From a virus: a stretch of DNA of 6,093 nt. The stretch lies in the IMG/VR virus record IMGVR_UViG_3300045988_041325, positions 1 to 6,093 of that record; one strand, written 5' to 3'. Under the pieces are notes generated by a model that ran no database searches, had not been told where the DNA came from, and saw only the letters and a list, made by a program, of their open reading frames with translations. This document shows, piece after piece, positions 3,846 through 6,093 of this stretch (positions are counted from its first letter, which is position 1; each line of letters opens with the position of its first letter). The translations under genes were made by a program, and so were the position numbers.

Positions 3846-5510
3846 ATGCAGTTGGATGATTATATAAACCTAGCATCTCATTGCGAGAATCCTATGGTTG
3901 TTCGTAATCGCTTTACAGGTGAAGATATTCTTGTAGGCTGCGGTCATTGCGCGTATTGCATTTCCCGACAGTCATCTATCAATTCTATTCGTATTGCTAA
4001 ATCTGCATCTAAGTGGAAGTATTGCTATTTCGTGACGTTAACCTATGACAATGAACATATGCCTCTCATTTCCTTGACTACCCAGGAGATGATTTCGGGC
4101 GAAATCGTGTATTCTGCTGATGGACTTCGTTACTCTTCTGATACTGAGTTTAAATATATGCCTCTGCGTGCTGCTGTGGCTCAGCGTCCCGCGTTCTCCT
4201 CAGAGTATCAAACGATTTTCTGCAAACAGGTTAACGGAACTATTCCGTTTAACCGCGAGACTAAGCGGAAAGAACCCATTGAGTTTACTTCTACTGCTGT
4301 CCCTGTTGATTTGCTTTGTCTTGTCTCGAAAACAACCCCTGAGACACCATTTAATGTACCTGATGATATGGCTGTACTTCCTATACTCAACTATTATGAT
4401 TGTCAAAATTATGTAAAAAGATTACGTATAAATTTAAATAGACTCGGTTGCAATGAAAAGATACATTTCTACGCTGCGGGTGAATACGGACCTGTTCACT
4501 TCCGCCCGCATTTCCATCTCTTATTATTCGGAAACACGCAGGAATTCTCCGAAACAGTTCGACAGGCTCACGCTAAGAGTTGGACGTTCGGTCGTTCAGA
4601 TATACAACTTACCACAGGAGGCGCTTCTTCTTACGTTGCGTCATATATTAGTGCCAATAGTATGCTTCCCGTCTTTTATCGGCAATCGAAAATTATGCGA
4701 CCCAAAAGCCGCGCTTCGTTGCGTTTCGATATGGAAGCACAGGAACCTGCTTCGTCTTCAGACGAAGAGATTGCGCGGGTTGCCTCTTACATCTGTGATG
4801 GACGAAGCTTTATCGTCAACTCTAAACATATTAGCGTTAATGCCTCCCGTTCGTATCTCAATACCGTATGTCCCCAATTCAATGGATTTCGAAGAACTGA
4901 TATTGATGAAATATCTTTCCTTGTTCAATCTGTGGCAACGGCTTCTCAACGACTCAAACTCTTCCCTAAAAAGAGAGATTCCGAACAAGTAGGTGTTTCT
5001 GTTCTTGCGATTTCTCGTGCATACCTAGATTGTATATCTTCAAAAAATAGTTTAACTTATGAAGACTATTCCATTCTAAATCAGTGTCGTATGATTTCCC
5101 CGAATGGCTTTCATATTGGTGGTAGAATCCTGAATCCCGAGATTGCTCTAGGCTGTATATATCGGCTATTCCTTACCGTGTCCAAATTTCTACGGTTTTG
5201 GAAACTTCCCGACAGTCCCTCATTCCATGAGATAAAAAAAATATATATTCGATGTTTCGCTGCTCTTGATGCCCGCGAACTTCGACTTCTTCAAGAAAAA
5301 TATTCCCTTGCTGAAGCTGTTTCGGATGAATATGCAGATTATAATCATTATACCTTATTCTTACCGAAAGATATTGGTTTGAATTTGCAGGATATTTATA
5401 AAGATGCCTATTTGGAAAGATTGTTGAAAAATAATAATGCCGCAAAGGCTCGTCGGCTTGTGAAACACAAGCGATTAAATGATGCCAACGGTTTATTTGC
5501 TAACATATAA
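3846..5510 (+). CDS. VP4: Rolling-circle replication initiation protein VP4 (HUH endonuclease, phiX174 A-like)
   Basis: 554 aa. The N-terminal Cys cluster is CENP...CGHCAYC. RCR motif I is FVTLTY (4029-4046). Motif II is HFRPHFHLLLFG, with HFH at 4509-4517. Motif III is YVASYIS, with two Tyr spaced Y-x3-Y (4632-4634 and 4644-4646), as in phiX174 gpA. The YVKRLR...EYGPV block lies upstream of motif II, as in other microvirus VP4s. Confidence 0.93.
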   Translation: MQLDDYINLASHCENPMVVRNRFTGEDILVGCGHCAYCISRQSSINSIRIAKSASKWKYCYFVTLTYDNEHMPLISLTTQEMISGEIVYSADGLRYSSDTEFKYMPLRAAVAQRPAFSSEYQTIFCKQVNGTIPFNRETKRKEPIEFTSTAVPVDLLCLVSKTTPETPFNVPDDMAVLPILNYYDCQNYVKRLRINLNRLGCNEKIHFYAAGEYGPVHFRPHFHLLLFGNTQEFSETVRQAHAKSWTFGRSDIQLTTGGASSYVASYISANSMLPVFYRQSKIMRPKSRASLRFDMEAQEPASSSDEEIARVASYICDGRSFIVNSKHISVNASRSYLNTVCPQFNGFRRTDIDEISFLVQSVATASQRLKLFPKKRDSEQVGVSVLAISRAYLDCISSKNSLTYEDYSILNQCRMISPNGFHIGGRILNPEIALGCIYRLFLTVSKFLRFWKLPDSPSFHEIKKIYIRCFAALDARELRLLQEKYSLAEAVSDEYADYNHYTLFLPKDIGLNLQDIYKDAYLERLLKNNNAAKARRLVKHKRLNDANGLFANI

Positions 5511-5520
5511 ATTTATACTT

Positions 5521-6093
5521 ATGTCAGATTTTAATCCTCTTGTTCGGAAATCAATTCCAACCCATCGTTCAGGATTTGATATGTCCGAAAAAAAGATGTT
5601 TACCGCCAAGGTTGGTGAACTCTTACCTGTGATGTGGCAATATGGAATACCTGGTGATGTCTTCGAGATTTCTGAAGATTGGTTTACCCGTACCCGTCCT
5701 GTTAACACTTCTGCTTATACTCGTATCCGTGAGTATTATGATTTTTATGCTGTTCCCTTGCGTCTTCTTAATCGCAATCTTCCTACTGCATTTGCACAAA
5801 TGAGTGATTATGCTGTATCTGCTATTAATAAGTCGCAAAACTCTTATTTAATGGAGGATATCCCGAATGTCTCTCAGAATATTTTGGAACGCACGTTTAC
5901 GTCATATCTTAAACCTACTGATTTGGATGATGCCGGTTTCCCTGTTCGTGCTACTTCTCAGAAACTTTTAAATTATCTGAATTATGGTGCTATCGATTCC
6001 GAGGTATCGGCATCTAGTATGACTTCATGGTTTACTACAAATCCGAATGCATTTAAGTCTCGTAAAACCGACCAATTTCTTTCGGTACTCCCT
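5521..6093 (+). CDS. VP1: Major capsid protein VP1, N-terminal part. It runs off the window end; 6039-6093 duplicates 1-55.
   Basis: ATG at 5521, 10 nt after the VP4 stop, followed by 191 codons with no stop up to the window edge. MSDFNPLVRKSIPTHRSGFDMSEKKMFTAKVGELLPVMWQYGIPGDVFEISEDWFTRTRPVNTSAYTRIREYYDFYAVPLRLL matches the N-terminal hallmark of the Phage_F capsid family (H.rSgFDlS...fTak.GeLlPv...PGD.f......R..P......d.y.F.VP.RLL). It is absent from the ORF track only because it has no in-window stop. Confidence 0.92.
   Translation, partial: MSDFNPLVRKSIPTHRSGFDMSEKKMFTAKVGELLPVMWQYGIPGDVFEISEDWFTRTRPVNTSAYTRIREYYDFYAVPLRLLNRNLPTAFAQMSDYAVSAINKSQNSYLMEDIPNVSQNILERTFTSYLKPTDLDDAGFPVRATSQKLLNYLNYGAIDSEVSASSMTSWFTTNPNAFKSRKTDQFLSVLP
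6039..6093. repeat. Terminal direct repeat, copy 2 (assembly overlap of a circular genome)
   Basis: Identical to 1-55. Confidence 0.95.

Noticed and set aside
4200-4406. Minus-strand ORFs antisense to the 4120-4416 part of VP4 (4200-4406, 68 aa; 4208-4390, 60 aa)
   Set aside because: They are short, fully antisense to the well-supported VP4 gene, and on the non-transcribed strand for the family. No motifs were recognised.
5234-5241. A8 homopolymer inside VP4 (also A8 at 1250-1257 between VP1 and ORF158, and A7 in the TM ORF)
   Set aside because: These could be slippage or phase-variation sites, but the reading frames are intact and such runs are expected in A/T-rich leaders and Lys codons. 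At most they are places to check for assembly indels.
4758-5838. Remaining minus-strand ORFs antisense to VP4 and the VP1 N-terminus (4758-4988, 5173-5445, 5493-5708, 5623-5838)
   Set aside because: All are 60-90 aa, fully antisense to well-supported genes, and on the non-transcribed strand for the family. No motifs were recognised.

Overview
This window is a complete, circularly permuted genome of a small ssDNA phage of the family Microviridae. It looks gokushovirus/alpavirus-like rather than phiX-like. Bases 1-55 recur exactly at 6039-6093, so the unit genome is 6,038 nt and the contig was linearised inside the major capsid gene. The 5' part of that gene (5521-6093) is missing from the supplied ORF track because it has no stop in the window. 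It reads in frame into 2-1246, giving 587 aa in total. All credible genes are on the + strand and tightly packed. In order they are: VP1 capsid; a 158-aa acidic orphan (possible scaffold); VP2 pilot/minor capsid protein; a 571-nt gene-free, hairpin-rich intergenic region; an untracked 31-aa single-TM ORF; a 102-aa M15-type zinc peptidase starting 2 nt after it; and a large 554-aa HUH rolling-circle Rep (VP4). No start codon has a Shine-Dalgarno motif, which fits a Bacteroidota host. The main items worth follow-up are: (1) a candidate two-component lysis cassette (mini membrane protein plus M15 peptidase) in a phage family whose characterised lysis mechanism is enzyme-free; (2) the long structured non-coding region, with nested hairpins, a polypyrimidine/polypurine stem and two palindromic direct repeats bracketing it, which could be a complementary-strand origin, a stack of terminators or a small ncRNA; (3) long +1-frame ORFs inside an expanded Rep, one of them with three TM-like segments. 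The third item may be codon-bias artefacts. I saw no tRNA, rRNA, CRISPR array, integrase or transposase.
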